DNA of 63,458 nt, filler included, from an uncultured Methanosarcinales archaeon (GCA_964608065.1; 6 parts of 6 records of this genome joined end to end with filler, not necessarily neighbours in it); one strand, 5' to 3'. Positions 20,182-30,571 are shown, counted from the first letter of the whole stretch. Translations and numbers: made by a program. The notes: a model not told the origin generated them from the sequence alone.

Positions 20182-21198
20182 ATGCTGCACAATCACTTCA
20201 AAAAAATATTTACAAAATCAGATGTATTTACAGATATAATTGGACAGGAATTTGTAAAAAAACAAATTAAATCTGCTCTGCTTTCTAACCATCATGTTAT
20301 AATAGTTGGTGCTCCTGGTATTGGAAAGACAACTTTAGCTAAGAATATTTCTAGATTATTGCCAGAAATAGATTCTGTAAAAGATTGTGCTTATAATTGT
20401 GATCCTTCTGCTCCTATATGTCCTGAATGCAAGCAAAACAAGAATTTGAAAAAACACAAAATATCAGGAGAAAAAAGATTTATCAGAGTACAGGGAAGTC
20501 CTGATCTAACAGCAGAAGATTTAATTGGAGATATTGACCCTATCAAAGCTTTAAAATTCGGGCCATTAAGCTTGGAAGCATTTACACCTGGAAAAATATT
20601 TAAGGCAAATAGAGGAATATTATTCTTTGATGAAATTAACAGATGCCCTGAAAAACTGCATAATGCTTTATTGCAGTCATTAGAAGAAGGCCATGTAACA
20701 GTTGGAAGTTATGATGTAACCTTTCCAACTGATTTTATTTTTATAGGAACCATGAATCCTTACGATTCATCTACTGAAAGACTTTCTGATGTTTTTTTGG
20801 ACAGATTTGACTTAATCTATATGAATTATCCAGAAACTATTGAATTAGAAAAGGAAATAGTTGTTACAAAGGGGAAAACAATATTAGATTTTCCTGAAAA
20901 CTTGCTTCATTTAATGGTTTCTTTTGTAAGGTCATTAAGAGATGAAGGTAATCTGGAAAAAAAACCTTCTGTTAGAGCTTCTATTTACCTATATGAACGT
21001 GCGCAAAGTAATGCTTTATTGGATAACAGGGATAAAGTTAATTTTACAGATATTAAAGAAGCAATCATCTCTGTTTTATCCCATAGGATAAGCTTAAAAC
21101 CTTCTGCTAAATATCTGAAAAAACCTGAAGAATTTGTAAAAGAACAGTTTGATAATTTTACTAAAGACTTCAAAGATGAAAGAGATGATTTACTTTAG
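20182..21198 (+). CDS. ChlI/BchI-like AAA+ ATPase
   Basis: IIGQE, GAPGIGKT, C-x-YNC-P insert, ANRGILFFDEINR, GTMNP, LDRF. Confidence 0.88.
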   Translation: MLHNHFKKIFTKSDVFTDIIGQEFVKKQIKSALLSNHHVIIVGAPGIGKTTLAKNISRLLPEIDSVKDCAYNCDPSAPICPECKQNKNLKKHKISGEKRFIRVQGSPDLTAEDLIGDIDPIKALKFGPLSLEAFTPGKIFKANRGILFFDEINRCPEKLHNALLQSLEEGHVTVGSYDVTFPTDFIFIGTMNPYDSSTERLSDVFLDRFDLIYMNYPETIELEKEIVVTKGKTILDFPENLLHLMVSFVRSLRDEGNLEKKPSVRASIYLYERAQSNALLDNRDKVNFTDIKEAIISVLSHRISLKPSAKYLKKPEEFVKEQFDNFTKDFKDERDDLL

Positions 21199-22351
21199 CA
21201 GGGATCAAGAAGAAATAAAAGCCAAAGAGGAAAAAGAACAATTCCATTTTCCATCCTTAGGAAAAAAATTAATGAAGGATATTTTTTCTAATAAGAAAGA
21301 TATAACAGAAGACGGAAAACTAATAAGAGACTCTATTAATCAGGGTGTTGATTTTAACCCAGACTTATTATTTGAACAATTAGTAAAAAATTATTCTATG
21401 GCTGAAAAAATATACGGAAAATCTATTCTAAGAAGATTAGCTAACTATGATCCTAATTATATAGAGAAAAATATTAACATACCTGAATTCAGAAAAGAAC
21501 TGAAAGAAAGGATTGACAACAGTGTAGATGAGTTAAAAAATAAAAAGTTATTGGATAAAAACAATTCAATTTCTGAAAAAGGATTGGAACTGGCTTCCTT
21601 GATTTTATATAAAGAAGAACTTGATAATATAATGCCCAAAGGAATTCTAGGTGAAAAAATACATAAAAAGCATTTTATCTATGGCGACAAACAGGATATT
21701 AAAGATTTTAAGAAAGATCGCTATAGAGATATTGCAATAAAAAAATCTATAAAACTGGCTATAAGAAGAAAACATAAATCATTGCAAAAAAATGATTTGA
21801 AAAGCTTTGAAAGACAAAGCAAAGGCTCTATCAACTTAGTTTATGCATTGGATGCCTCTGGAAGCATGAAAGGTGACAAGATAGATACTTGTAAAAAAGC
21901 AGGAGTTGCTCTTGCATACAAGGCAATAGACAAAAAAGACAAAGTTGGGTTGATTGTTTTCAGTTCAGAGATTAAGACTCTGATTCCACCAACAGATGAT
22001 TTTATAACTTTATTGAAAGAGATTACTAAAATCAGTGCTTCAAAAGAAACTAATATTGCTTTGACAATAAAAAAATCCATAGAATTATTTCCTAATAATC
22101 ATGCTACTAATCATTTAATATTGATTACAGATGCGATGCCTACAGTTGATTCTGAGGATGAGACTTTAGAAGCAGCTTCTATAGCAAAAAGCAATGATTT
22201 AACTATTTCTATAGTTGGTATTGAATTGAATGACAAATCAAAGAAGTTAGCTGAAAAAATCACAAACATTGGCCAGGGTAATCTGTATATTGTTAAAGAT
22301 CTGAAAGAACTGGATAAGATTGTTCTTGAAGACTATTATTCGATTGAATAG
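21185..22351 (+). CDS. VWA-domain protein (ChlD-like partner)
   Basis: MIDAS DASGSM, TNI, LITD; overlaps the AAA gene. Confidence 0.85.
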   Translation: MIYFSRDQEEIKAKEEKEQFHFPSLGKKLMKDIFSNKKDITEDGKLIRDSINQGVDFNPDLLFEQLVKNYSMAEKIYGKSILRRLANYDPNYIEKNINIPEFRKELKERIDNSVDELKNKKLLDKNNSISEKGLELASLILYKEELDNIMPKGILGEKIHKKHFIYGDKQDIKDFKKDRYRDIAIKKSIKLAIRRKHKSLQKNDLKSFERQSKGSINLVYALDASGSMKGDKIDTCKKAGVALAYKAIDKKDKVGLIVFSSEIKTLIPPTDDFITLLKEITKISASKETNIALTIKKSIELFPNNHATNHLILITDAMPTVDSEDETLEAASIAKSNDLTISIVGIELNDKSKKLAEKITNIGQGNLYIVKDLKELDKIVLEDYYSIE

Positions 22352-22387
22352 AAAAGTTTATATTAAATTCTAATTATAATTCAATCA

Positions 22388-23329
22388 ATGAAGATTAAAA
22401 TAAAAAGCATAGTTCTTGTTTTGATTACAGTAATAATATTCTCCATATTATTCACAAAAATTGATTTTATAGAAACTATTAAAATACTAAAAAGAACAAA
22501 TCTATTATATCTTATGGTGGCTTTTTTTCTTTCAATAATAACCAATGTAGTTATTGCCGCCCATAAATGGTTTTTGATAGTAAAAGAGCTTGAAGGAAAA
22601 ATACATTTTAGAGAGGTCCTTTTTATTAAATTAGGAAGCGCCCCCTTAGCAACAATACTTCCTGCAAAATCAGGAGAATTGCTGAAAATAGTTTATTTAA
22701 AAAAAAAATATAAGTTGTCACTAAGAAGAGGAGCAAGCTCTCTGTTATTCAATGCATTGACTGATTCGATAGCAGTGGTTTTATTATTGGTTATAGGCAT
22801 TATGATGTCACACATATATTCTTTTAAATTGATTTATCCTTTTATTTTTATCTTTATTTTTATTTTTATTTTTTGCTTGGTTGTATATGCGCTATGGAAG
22901 ATACATCTAACAAGAATGTTTATATTAAGTATATTTAAAAAAATAAGCAAAAGGTTCCATGATATAATAGAGGGAGCTATGGTGTGTTTTGAAAAGATTC
23001 CGTTAAAAAAAACAATTTTGTTGATTTTTTACAATTCAGTTTTTAATTTTCTGTTAGTCCTTATTTATTATATGATTTTCTTATCATTAAATGTTACAGT
23101 GCCTATAAGAACAATCCTGATATTTATGCCTTTGATCATGTTGATTTCATTGATACCCATAACAGTGTCGGGTTTTGGAACAAGAGAAGCATCAATCATC
23201 TTATTTTTTTCAAAATTTGCCAGTGCAGAAACATTGTTAAGTGTTGGCTTGCTGGTCTCATTTACTAATTATATCTTGCCTTCCTTGATTGGCTTGTTCT
23301 TTGTAAGAAATTTTATGAAGGCTTTATGA
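22388..23329 (+). CDS. Lysylphosphatidylglycerol-synthase TM / AglD2-like putative flippase
   Basis: LPAKSGE, IPITVSGFGTRE; multi-TM. Confidence 0.85.
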   Translation: MKIKIKSIVLVLITVIIFSILFTKIDFIETIKILKRTNLLYLMVAFFLSIITNVVIAAHKWFLIVKELEGKIHFREVLFIKLGSAPLATILPAKSGELLKIVYLKKKYKLSLRRGASSLLFNALTDSIAVVLLLVIGIMMSHIYSFKLIYPFIFIFIFIFIFCLVVYALWKIHLTRMFILSIFKKISKRFHDIIEGAMVCFEKIPLKKTILLIFYNSVFNFLLVLIYYMIFLSLNVTVPIRTILIFMPLIMLISLIPITVSGFGTREASIILFFSKFASAETLLSVGLLVSFTNYILPSLIGLFFVRNFMKAL

Positions 23330-23568
23330 TAAAAGAAAATTACATAAAACAGAATAAAGAAAAGATAGAGGAAATAATAACTAAACTATTTGAAATAGTT
23401 AATAAGAACTTAGAATAATCTTGCTTTCCTTCTTAAAAAACCAAGAAGTTTGAATATATAACCATTATATAGGTTATTATTAATTTTAGTCTAAATAAGT
23501 TTTGTTCTAATCCAATTTCTAAAAAAAAAAAAAAAAAAAAAAAATATATAAATAATTTTTATTTATTT

Positions 23569-23668
23569 NNNNNNNNNNNNNNNNNNNNNNNNNNNNNNNN
23601 NNNNNNNNNNNNTTAATTAATTAANNNNNNNNNNNNNNNNNNNNNNNNNNNNNNNNNNNNNNNNNNNN
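23569..23668. other. Artificial contig spacer
   Basis: N + TTAATTAATTAA + N. Confidence 0.98.
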
Positions 23669-23684
23669 TGATACAAGGAAAAAA

Positions 23685-24620
23685 TCATTTTACTTTGTCA
23701 ATAATCTCCTTAACAGCATCATCTGTTGACATTCCTTTTCTCTCAGCTTCAAAATTAAGTATTATCCTATGCCGTAGTATAGGATATGCCATATGCTTGA
23801 TATCCTCAGTGCTTACATGATTTTTTCCTTGTATCAAAGCACGAGCTTTTGCAGCTAATATCAGACCAATTGATGCCCTAGGCGAAGCACCATATTGTAT
23901 AATATCTTTTTTCTCCCTTGTAGCGCCTATTATCCTCAATACTTTATCCCTTACATCATTTGCCATAGGAACCTGTCTTGTATGCTGCTGCATTGTCAAC
24001 AAACTCTGCTTACCAATCAAAGTTCTTAAGCTTGGCAAAGTTTTATCTGTTGCATACTTATCAACAATCATCTTCTCATCTTCAAATGTTGGATAACCTA
24101 CCTTTATCTTCAGCAGAAATCTGTCAGACTGTGCTTCTGGCAAAGGATATGTTCCTTCCTGTTCTATTGGGTTCTGTGTTGCCAGTACAAAGAATGGCAA
24201 ATCTAATTTAAAAGTCTGGTTTCCAACAGTAACTTGTTTTTCCTGCATTGCTTCTAACAAAGCAGACTGTGTCTTAGGTGTTGCCCTGTTGATTTCATCT
24301 GCAAGAACAATATTTGCAAAAACAGGCCCTGGCTGGAACTTAAACACTTTCTTTCCAGTATGCTCTTCTATAATATAAGTTCCTGTTATATCAGATGGCA
24401 TTAGATCTGGTGTATTCTGTATTCTGGAAAATTTCAGATCCATTAAATCTGCAATTGTCCTTACAGCTAATGTCTTTGCCAATCCAGGATAACCTTCAAG
24501 CAGAGCATTACCATCACAAAGCATTGCAATAAGTATCTGCTCTACAACCTCATTCTGTCCTACCACAATCTTTTCTATCTCCTTAAATAATCCATCAAAT
24601 GTTGTTTTATAAGCTTTCAT
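23685..24620 (-). CDS. moxR: MoxR family AAA+ ATPase
   Basis: IVGQ, LLEGYPGLAKT, TPDLMPSDITG, LADEINRATPKTQSALLEAMQE, ATQNPIEQEGTYPLPEAQ, GASPRA; SD GAGGTGA before ATG 24620. Confidence 0.95.
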   Translation of the reverse strand: MKAYKTTFDGLFKEIEKIVVGQNEVVEQILIAMLCDGNALLEGYPGLAKTLAVRTIADLMDLKFSRIQNTPDLMPSDITGTYIIEEHTGKKVFKFQPGPVFANIVLADEINRATPKTQSALLEAMQEKQVTVGNQTFKLDLPFFVLATQNPIEQEGTYPLPEAQSDRFLLKIKVGYPTFEDEKMIVDKYATDKTLPSLRTLIGKQSLLTMQQHTRQVPMANDVRDKVLRIIGATREKKDIIQYGASPRASIGLILAAKARALIQGKNHVSTEDIKHMAYPILRHRIILNFEAERKGMSTDDAVKEIIDKVK

Positions 24621-24627
24621 TCTTCTC

Positions 24628-24725
24628 ACCTCTGAGTTTTACGAAGAGGTACCGAAAATCTTTGATTGTTTGAAAACCCTGTTTTCAAATCCACGGAAAT
24701 CTTTGATTTCCTTTGTCCCAGTACC
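24628..24725. repeat. Triloop hairpin cluster upstream of moxR
   Basis: GGAAATC-TTT-GATTTCC (24695-24711), TTTGAAAAC-CCT-GTTTTCAAA, AATC-TTT-GATT, and an ACCTCT/AGAGGT stem over the SD. Confidence 0.85.
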
Positions 24726-24742
24726 TTTTTTTTTTTTTATTA

Positions 24743-25537
24743 TTATTTTATCTTATTAAAATAATTCTTAACTAATTCTTGCTGTTCTTTTGGAATATTT
24801 TCCTCATAAACCGATGCTGAACTGAATATTGAATCTGTTCCTGGAAACAATTCCTGGAAGTCTTTTCTTTCAACCTCCTTTACATCATTCAGATTAATTT
24901 CATAACCAGAAGAACTTATCGAAAAATCAAACAATTCCTGCCCTAGTTCAGCTACTTCTGATTCTCCAAATATATCATCATCACCCTCATCTAATCCAGC
25001 TATTCTTGCATCACTCACTTCACCAAGATCTCTGCCACTCTCACCACCAGGAAGATAAGTATACGTGCTAGGCCTGTCAACCAACAGCCTTATATCAAAA
25101 CCAATATTAAACACAGATACAATCAATATTGCAAAACACAAGATAACACTTCCAAGTATTTTAAATGAAACATTTCTTTGATTAACAAATGAACTAACCC
25201 TGACATGTTTAGTGTCCTGTATAATCTCTTTCTGCAGTTCAGCTACAATAGGATTTTCCTTATAAAGATTATCTGCAGCTGTCCTTAACTTTTCATTTAA
25301 TTCAGGATACGCATTTTCAACTTCTTTGTAATGTTTTTTTCTTATCCTTAGATAACTATCCGCAATAAAATAAGTTAAAGCAGGAATAACAGCTATAATA
25401 GGATAAAACTTAATCAGACTCAATAATAAATAGCCTATTAAAAATATTAAAAAAGCTGTTAATATGTTTGAAAAAATAATAAGATTACCAAATGTAACAT
25501 TTATTTCCCTTAACAGCTTGAAAAATGGTTTTATCAT
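24743..25537 (-). CDS. Membrane protein of the MoxR/VWA operon
   Basis: 3 TM segments, YPELNEKLRTAAD, acidic C-terminus ending IPKEQQELVKNYF. Confidence 0.75.
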   Translation of the reverse strand: MIKPFFKLLREINVTFGNLIIFSNILTAFLIFLIGYLLLSLIKFYPIIAVIPALTYFIADSYLRIRKKHYKEVENAYPELNEKLRTAADNLYKENPIVAELQKEIIQDTKHVRVSSFVNQRNVSFKILGSVILCFAILIVSVFNIGFDIRLLVDRPSTYTYLPGGESGRDLGEVSDARIAGLDEGDDDIFGESEVAELGQELFDFSISSSGYEINLNDVKEVERKDFQELFPGTDSIFSSASVYEENIPKEQQELVKNYFNKIK

Positions 25538-25538
25538 A

Positions 25539-26042
25539 TTAGCAGTTACCCTCCGAATCATCAGCTGTGCTTTGCAGACAACTAATTCTTGCCTCAAGAC
25601 TATTTATCTCATTATTCTTTGAACTAATCTTACTTTTTAAACTAGATACTTCTTCATTTGCAATCTCCAGATCATTCTTTGTTGTAGTAAGCTCAACTTC
25701 TTTTACTGCTAAATTTGATTTTGTACTAGCAAGGTCCTGCTGCAGATTAGTCTTATCAACCTCTAATTTTTCTTTTTCACTCTTAATACCTTCATATTTG
25801 CCGCTCAAATCCTGCTCACTTTCCTCTTTAATCTTCAACTCATAGGAAGTCTCACTAAGCTTTGTTTTCTCTGCCTGCAACGAAGATGTCAGTTTATCAA
25901 GTTCATCTATCTTTTGCTGATATTCTCCAGATAATCCTGAATATGTGTTTTGGTAGTATATTGTAAATCCTATAAATAATAACACAGTAGCTACAATCAA
26001 TATCATCAAGCCAAAGTTTACATTTTTTTTCATAAATGACAT
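25539..26042 (-). CDS. Membrane-anchored coiled-coil protein
   Basis: N-terminal TM followed by heptad-rich region. Confidence 0.75.
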   Translation of the reverse strand: MSFMKKNVNFGLMILIVATVLLFIGFTIYYQNTYSGLSGEYQQKIDELDKLTSSLQAEKTKLSETSYELKIKEESEQDLSGKYEGIKSEKEKLEVDKTNLQQDLASTKSNLAVKEVELTTTKNDLEIANEEVSSLKSKISSKNNEINSLEARISCLQSTADDSEGNC

Positions 26043-26075
26043 CTTAATCCCTCTTTTTTTTTTTTATTTTTAAAA

Positions 26076-28481
26076 TTATTTATATGCTTTTCTATTCTCT
26101 CCCAACTTCCTTATTGTTATCTCAATTAATAAAACAATTAAAGCAGCAATAATCAAAGGCCATCTGTAATAAACTATTGTATTCTTCTTTCTTTTAGATC
26201 TAGATTGGATAAACGAGACCAATTCATCAGTCTCATCAACACTAAATGTTTTTCCACCTGTTATTGTAACAAGATCTTTCAGCTCAGGATTCAATCCTAA
26301 TTGCTCATATTCTTTATTGTAATTAACAGCAACCAATGCATCAAAAAACTCATGGAAACCTGTTTCATCAGGTGTAAACACAGCTTTATACAGATTATCA
26401 CCAAACTTTGAAACTGAAAGTTTATCAGATTCAACTTTTTGTTTTGAAAAAATATCTATCTCAGTACTTGAACCAAGATTCGTATCTTTAGTCCTTACTA
26501 TAAAATTTTTATCCTTGTAAGGATTTCCAATAGCCCAGTTGACTATTCTGGATATAGTGCCAGAGTTCTCCTTGCTCAATAAAGCAGGAGCCCATCTGCT
26601 TCCATCATCTGTTGATAAGACTGCTGTTCTTCCTAGACCAAATCTCCATACAGTCAGCAACGGATTGATATTCTGTGTTGTAATTAATGTAAGAGCTGAT
26701 GGCTTTGGAACAACCTGATTATACCCAGTAATAGTTCCTTTCAGGTTCAATCCATCAGTAATAAAATGATGATTATTGAATATCAGCCATCTGTTAACAT
26801 CTGTCTTCTTTTCATCTGTCTTATTGAACATCAAGGATAATTTATGAGTCTCATCCTGTTTAAAATACGAACCTTTTCCAATTCTTGCCAGATCAATCAT
26901 AAATGGCTCATAAGTGTCATCTCCAACACCAATGGTATATATCTTGATTCCTTTGTTAGCCATCAATGTAGCTATTGATATAGAGTCCTTAGGCAATGCA
27001 GTGATTCCATCAGATATCAAAACAACATTCTTGCTTCCAACAGCATTTTCCAGATGCAGCTCAGCTCTTTTTAATCCAGAATATATAAAAGTTCCAGCAC
27101 CAGGATCTGAGCTCAATCTTGAGATTGTATCAACAAGATAAGGCTGTTCTGACATAGGCATTAATTTACCTGGAGGAACTGTATGTGCTTTTGTGTCAAA
27201 AGCTATTGCCATTACTTTGTCATTTGGCCTTAGGCTGTTTATTATATTCAGAGCAATTGCTTTTTGCACACTGATCTTTGTATTCTCATTATCATCACTA
27301 AAACTAAATGTTGTTGTTCCGGATATATCAATAACTAAGACAACATTGACTTCAGCATCTTCTTTTGCTCCAACCTGTCCTAATGTGACTGGCAGTAATG
27401 TCTCAAACATACTATTTCCATAATTGCCATACTCAAAACTGTTTTTTCCGCCTATTACAATTAAACCATAACCATTGCTTACATACTCACTCAACCCGTC
27501 TATGTGCGGATTAAGTTCACTTGCCTCTATATTATCTATAATAACAGCTTTATACTTATACAGATTAGATGGAAGCTCAAACTTCCTGTCTAATTTATAC
27601 ACTCTTTCTAATATGCCTTCTATTTTTCCAAACTCTTTTGAAACAAGCAAGACCTCAGGTCTTGGCAATACATGTACAGTGCTGTAGTAAACATTATTCT
27701 CTGGAAAATAATCATCTCCCTGAACTTCTAATAACGTAGCAGTAATCTTATGATAACCTTCTTTTAGATATTCACTTAACTCAAAAGTCTTGCTTCCAGA
27801 TGATTCTTTGGAAAGAACAGTATCATCATCAACTGTCACATTCAACTTATAAGGAACATCTTCTCCAACCTGCACCACATTAATATAATACTTGAAATCG
27901 TCCCTTAATATAACTTCAGGAGGAACATCTATTGTAATTGAAGTATCATCCTTGATTGGGCTGATATCTAATGTATTGATAGTTGTGTTAAGTGAAGAAG
28001 CTAACAATATTATATCTCCAAGATCTTTTCCATAGTTATTGTTTCCGTCTGTAATCATAAGTATATTATCATTTCCCTGCATTGTATTAAGCAGAGCATC
28101 TCCTATTGGACTGCGGTTTCCATAAGCAATATACTTTATATTGACAGGAACCTTTTTCTCCAGCTCTTTCTTTAGACTTGTCTCTAAACCTTCTTCAAAC
28201 AAATCAAAAGAAGTTGATGCATCTGCTAATATTGTAAGAGAATAATCTCCTTTAACAACTCTTTCCTCAAATGTGAATGGAGAAGCTATTGCCATAAGAA
28301 CCAACATTATTATTATAGGCCTTGTTATCATTAACAATTTTCTTTCAGCCTTAGTCTCTTTTATATGTTGGTCTTCTTCAATCTTACTTCTGAACTTCAC
28401 AAAATTCCTTTTTATTATAAAATACAGCAGCACAACTATAGGAATCCATGCAATAATTACATAAGGATTTTGTATCTTCAT
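26076..28481 (-). CDS. Large membrane VWA-domain protein (with GATase-like segment)
   Basis: DASTS...TDG and DISGT...SDG VWA motifs; GLIVIGGKNSF...LLPV; terminal TM. Confidence 0.85.
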   Translation of the reverse strand: MKIQNPYVIIAWIPIVVLLYFIIKRNFVKFRSKIEEDQHIKETKAERKLLMITRPIIIMLVLMAIASPFTFEERVVKGDYSLTILADASTSFDLFEEGLETSLKKELEKKVPVNIKYIAYGNRSPIGDALLNTMQGNDNILMITDGNNNYGKDLGDIILLASSLNTTINTLDISPIKDDTSITIDVPPEVILRDDFKYYINVVQVGEDVPYKLNVTVDDDTVLSKESSGSKTFELSEYLKEGYHKITATLLEVQGDDYFPENNVYYSTVHVLPRPEVLLVSKEFGKIEGILERVYKLDRKFELPSNLYKYKAVIIDNIEASELNPHIDGLSEYVSNGYGLIVIGGKNSFEYGNYGNSMFETLLPVTLGQVGAKEDAEVNVVLVIDISGTTTFSFSDDNENTKISVQKAIALNIINSLRPNDKVMAIAFDTKAHTVPPGKLMPMSEQPYLVDTISRLSSDPGAGTFIYSGLKRAELHLENAVGSKNVVLISDGITALPKDSISIATLMANKGIKIYTIGVGDDTYEPFMIDLARIGKGSYFKQDETHKLSLMFNKTDEKKTDVNRWLIFNNHHFITDGLNLKGTITGYNQVVPKPSALTLITTQNINPLLTVWRFGLGRTAVLSTDDGSRWAPALLSKENSGTISRIVNWAIGNPYKDKNFIVRTKDTNLGSSTEIDIFSKQKVESDKLSVSKFGDNLYKAVFTPDETGFHEFFDALVAVNYNKEYEQLGLNPELKDLVTITGGKTFSVDETDELVSFIQSRSKRKKNTIVYYRWPLIIAALIVLLIEITIRKLGENRKAYK

Positions 28482-30322
28482 AAGTCACCCCTGAATTTCA
28501 AGTAGCCTATCTCAACAAACATGATTATTAATGCAATAACCAACAGATGAATAGCCAGTTCCATCTCAACTTTCTGTTTCTCGCTTTCTGAAACAAAATC
28601 TTCCTTATTAGAGCTGACTTCGGTTTCACTGCTTACATCAGATTCTTTGTCATCTAGCAGATTAACAGCTATGAACTTGCCTTCTTTTTCATAGATTCCT
28701 ATCTTATTTATACCTAATATAGTCTCATCCTCAAACTTCTTGTTATAATCTCTTATATCTTCCTCTTTGATCAAAAAACTGATAAGATTGTCCCAGAATA
28801 TAGGATAATCTTCTTCTAATTTAAAATCAGAATAATCATCAAATATTCCATAATAAACCAAGGTTCCTTCATTTCTCTCCTTAAAAGCAATCATAGGGCT
28901 GTTATCATCTGCAGATGCAATTATTATTGTATCATTTATAGGTATAGAAGTATAATGTATTCTTGAATCTGTAAAGCAATTATTCTCCTGGAATCTTTTT
29001 GTAAAATAATTGAATACATCAACACAGACTTTTGTTTTCTTTTGTTTTCCACCTAATTTTACTGCCAGCAATCCTTCAAAATATATTTTATCCATATTGT
29101 CCTGTGCTGTTACAATAAACGCACTTCCATTATCAACTAATCTTGAATATTCTACAAAAGCATGTTTAATTAAATCCTCATTGTTTATCTTATGTGTTAT
29201 TATTATTTCAGGATTGATATCTCCAATCTTTTTTCCCATAGTTGTAATAGTCATCCTTGGAGGCCTTATTATATGCAGCTCAATATCAGGACTGCTCCTA
29301 AGAGCTTTTGTCAGATAATCATTCTCAAGATAATTTATCATAGAAGCCCTGTCTGGTGCTTCACCATCCCTGAGATTAGTTATCAGAACAACAGGAACCT
29401 TCTCTTTTTCTGGAGTGCTTACATAAGCATAATTATCAATTTTAAAATCATCATTAACCTCTAACTCTAATTTACCCACACCACTATAAGCTGGAAAGCT
29501 GAATATCTCAACAGAATTAGGCAATATCTCTCCTTTAAATGTCTCCTTAACATCCCCATTCTGTAAAAGCTTTAAAGTAACTTTTCTGCTTTTATCATCA
29601 TAGTTTTTAACATAAGCTTTAACTGCACTTTTGCTTATATCAAGATTTATTATTCCAACATTGCTTGCTTTATTGCTTGTGTCAATAAACTTTACAAGAT
29701 GTCCTTTGCTGCTTAGGATTCTTCTTGCTTTTACAGGCTGGTCATTGTCCTGTGTTGTTATAAAATCACTGATAACAACAATACTTCCTTTTTCCTCTTT
29801 TAATATCCCCTCAGCTTCATACATTGCAGCTTCTATATTTGTTCCAGCATCAGTTGGCTCTATTGTCTTTAGCAATGATCCTGCCTTTACTTTGTTTCCT
29901 TTTTCTAATATTATTGTTGGAAGATTAGAAGCAGTTATTATACTGACTGTTCCTTTCATATTTTTCTTTGCCTGTGTTACAGCTTCATCAAACCTTGTTC
30001 CTATTCCAGAATTTGTCTGTGAACTAGCGCTTGTATCAATAATCAAAACAGTGTTTTTTGTAGCAACCTCTCTTGGAATATTTATATATGGCTCTGCAAT
30101 AGCAAATGCCAGTGCTGCTATTGCCAATATCTGCAGTATCAATAATAAATTCCTTAATAATCTCCTGAAGAACCTATACTTCTTCTGAGTTCCTCTTTGC
30201 TTCATCAAAAACATTAAACTGGGAACAGTTTTATCCAAAGGCTTTGGTCTTCTTAGGTATAATAGTATAAGTATAATTATCGCCAGCAATGCATACAATC
30301 CTATACTATTTTGAAATCCCAT
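28478..30322 (-). CDS. BatA N-terminal + VWA domain protein
   Basis: ILLYLRRP...VPSLMFL, LLLILQIL...AEPY, IDTSASS, VISDF. Confidence 0.88.
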   Translation of the reverse strand: MGFQNSIGLYALLAIIILILLYLRRPKPLDKTVPSLMFLMKQRGTQKKYRFFRRLLRNLLLILQILAIAALAFAIAEPYINIPREVATKNTVLIIDTSASSQTNSGIGTRFDEAVTQAKKNMKGTVSIITASNLPTIILEKGNKVKAGSLLKTIEPTDAGTNIEAAMYEAEGILKEEKGSIVVISDFITTQDNDQPVKARRILSSKGHLVKFIDTSNKASNVGIINLDISKSAVKAYVKNYDDKSRKVTLKLLQNGDVKETFKGEILPNSVEIFSFPAYSGVGKLELEVNDDFKIDNYAYVSTPEKEKVPVVLITNLRDGEAPDRASMINYLENDYLTKALRSSPDIELHIIRPPRMTITTMGKKIGDINPEIIITHKINNEDLIKHAFVEYSRLVDNGSAFIVTAQDNMDKIYFEGLLAVKLGGKQKKTKVCVDVFNYFTKRFQENNCFTDSRIHYTSIPINDTIIIASADDNSPMIAFKERNEGTLVYYGIFDDYSDFKLEEDYPIFWDNLISFLIKEEDIRDYNKKFEDETILGINKIGIYEKEGKFIAVNLLDDKESDVSSETEVSSNKEDFVSESEKQKVEMELAIHLLVIALIIMFVEIGYLKFRGDL

Positions 30323-30323
30323 T

Positions 30324-30470
30324 TTATATTTTGATTATGTTAATCATTTCTTTTTCTTTTTTTATTTTTTCATTATTTAGATTTATTTCAATAACATCTT
30401 GTTTTTGAAGCATTCTTTCAGCTCCCTCTATAGTCACACCCATTAGTTCTGCAAATTCATTTAACTTCAT
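30324..30470 (-). CDS. Small hypothetical protein (48 aa, possible HTH)
   Basis: MKLNEFAELMGVTIEGAERML...; SD GGAGGT upstream of ATG 30470. Confidence 0.6.
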   Translation of the reverse strand: MKLNEFAELMGVTIEGAERMLQKQDVIEINLNNEKIKKEKEMINIIKI

Positions 30471-30475
30471 CTGTT

Positions 30476-30571
30476 TCGACCTCCTGTCGGAATCCAAAGA
30501 AATGCATTGCATTTCTTGGACACCGGAAATCTCTGATTTCCCAGTGCATTGAAAATCATTAAGATTTTCAT
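30476..30571. repeat. Triloop hairpin cluster between abrB and the small ORF
   Basis: AAGAAATGC-ATT-GCATTTCTT, GGAAATC-TCT-GATTTCC (30525-30541), TGAAAATC-ATTAA-GATTTTCA, CGAC-CTCCT-GTCG. Confidence 0.85.

Noticed and set aside
23326..23418. 30-codon ORF overlapping the flippase stop
   Set aside because: Too short, no motif and near a low-quality contig end.
30471..30512. Tracked N-terminal extension MQCISLDSDRRSKQ of the 62-aa ORF
   Set aside because: Derived from the hairpin cassette; SD position supports ATG 30470.
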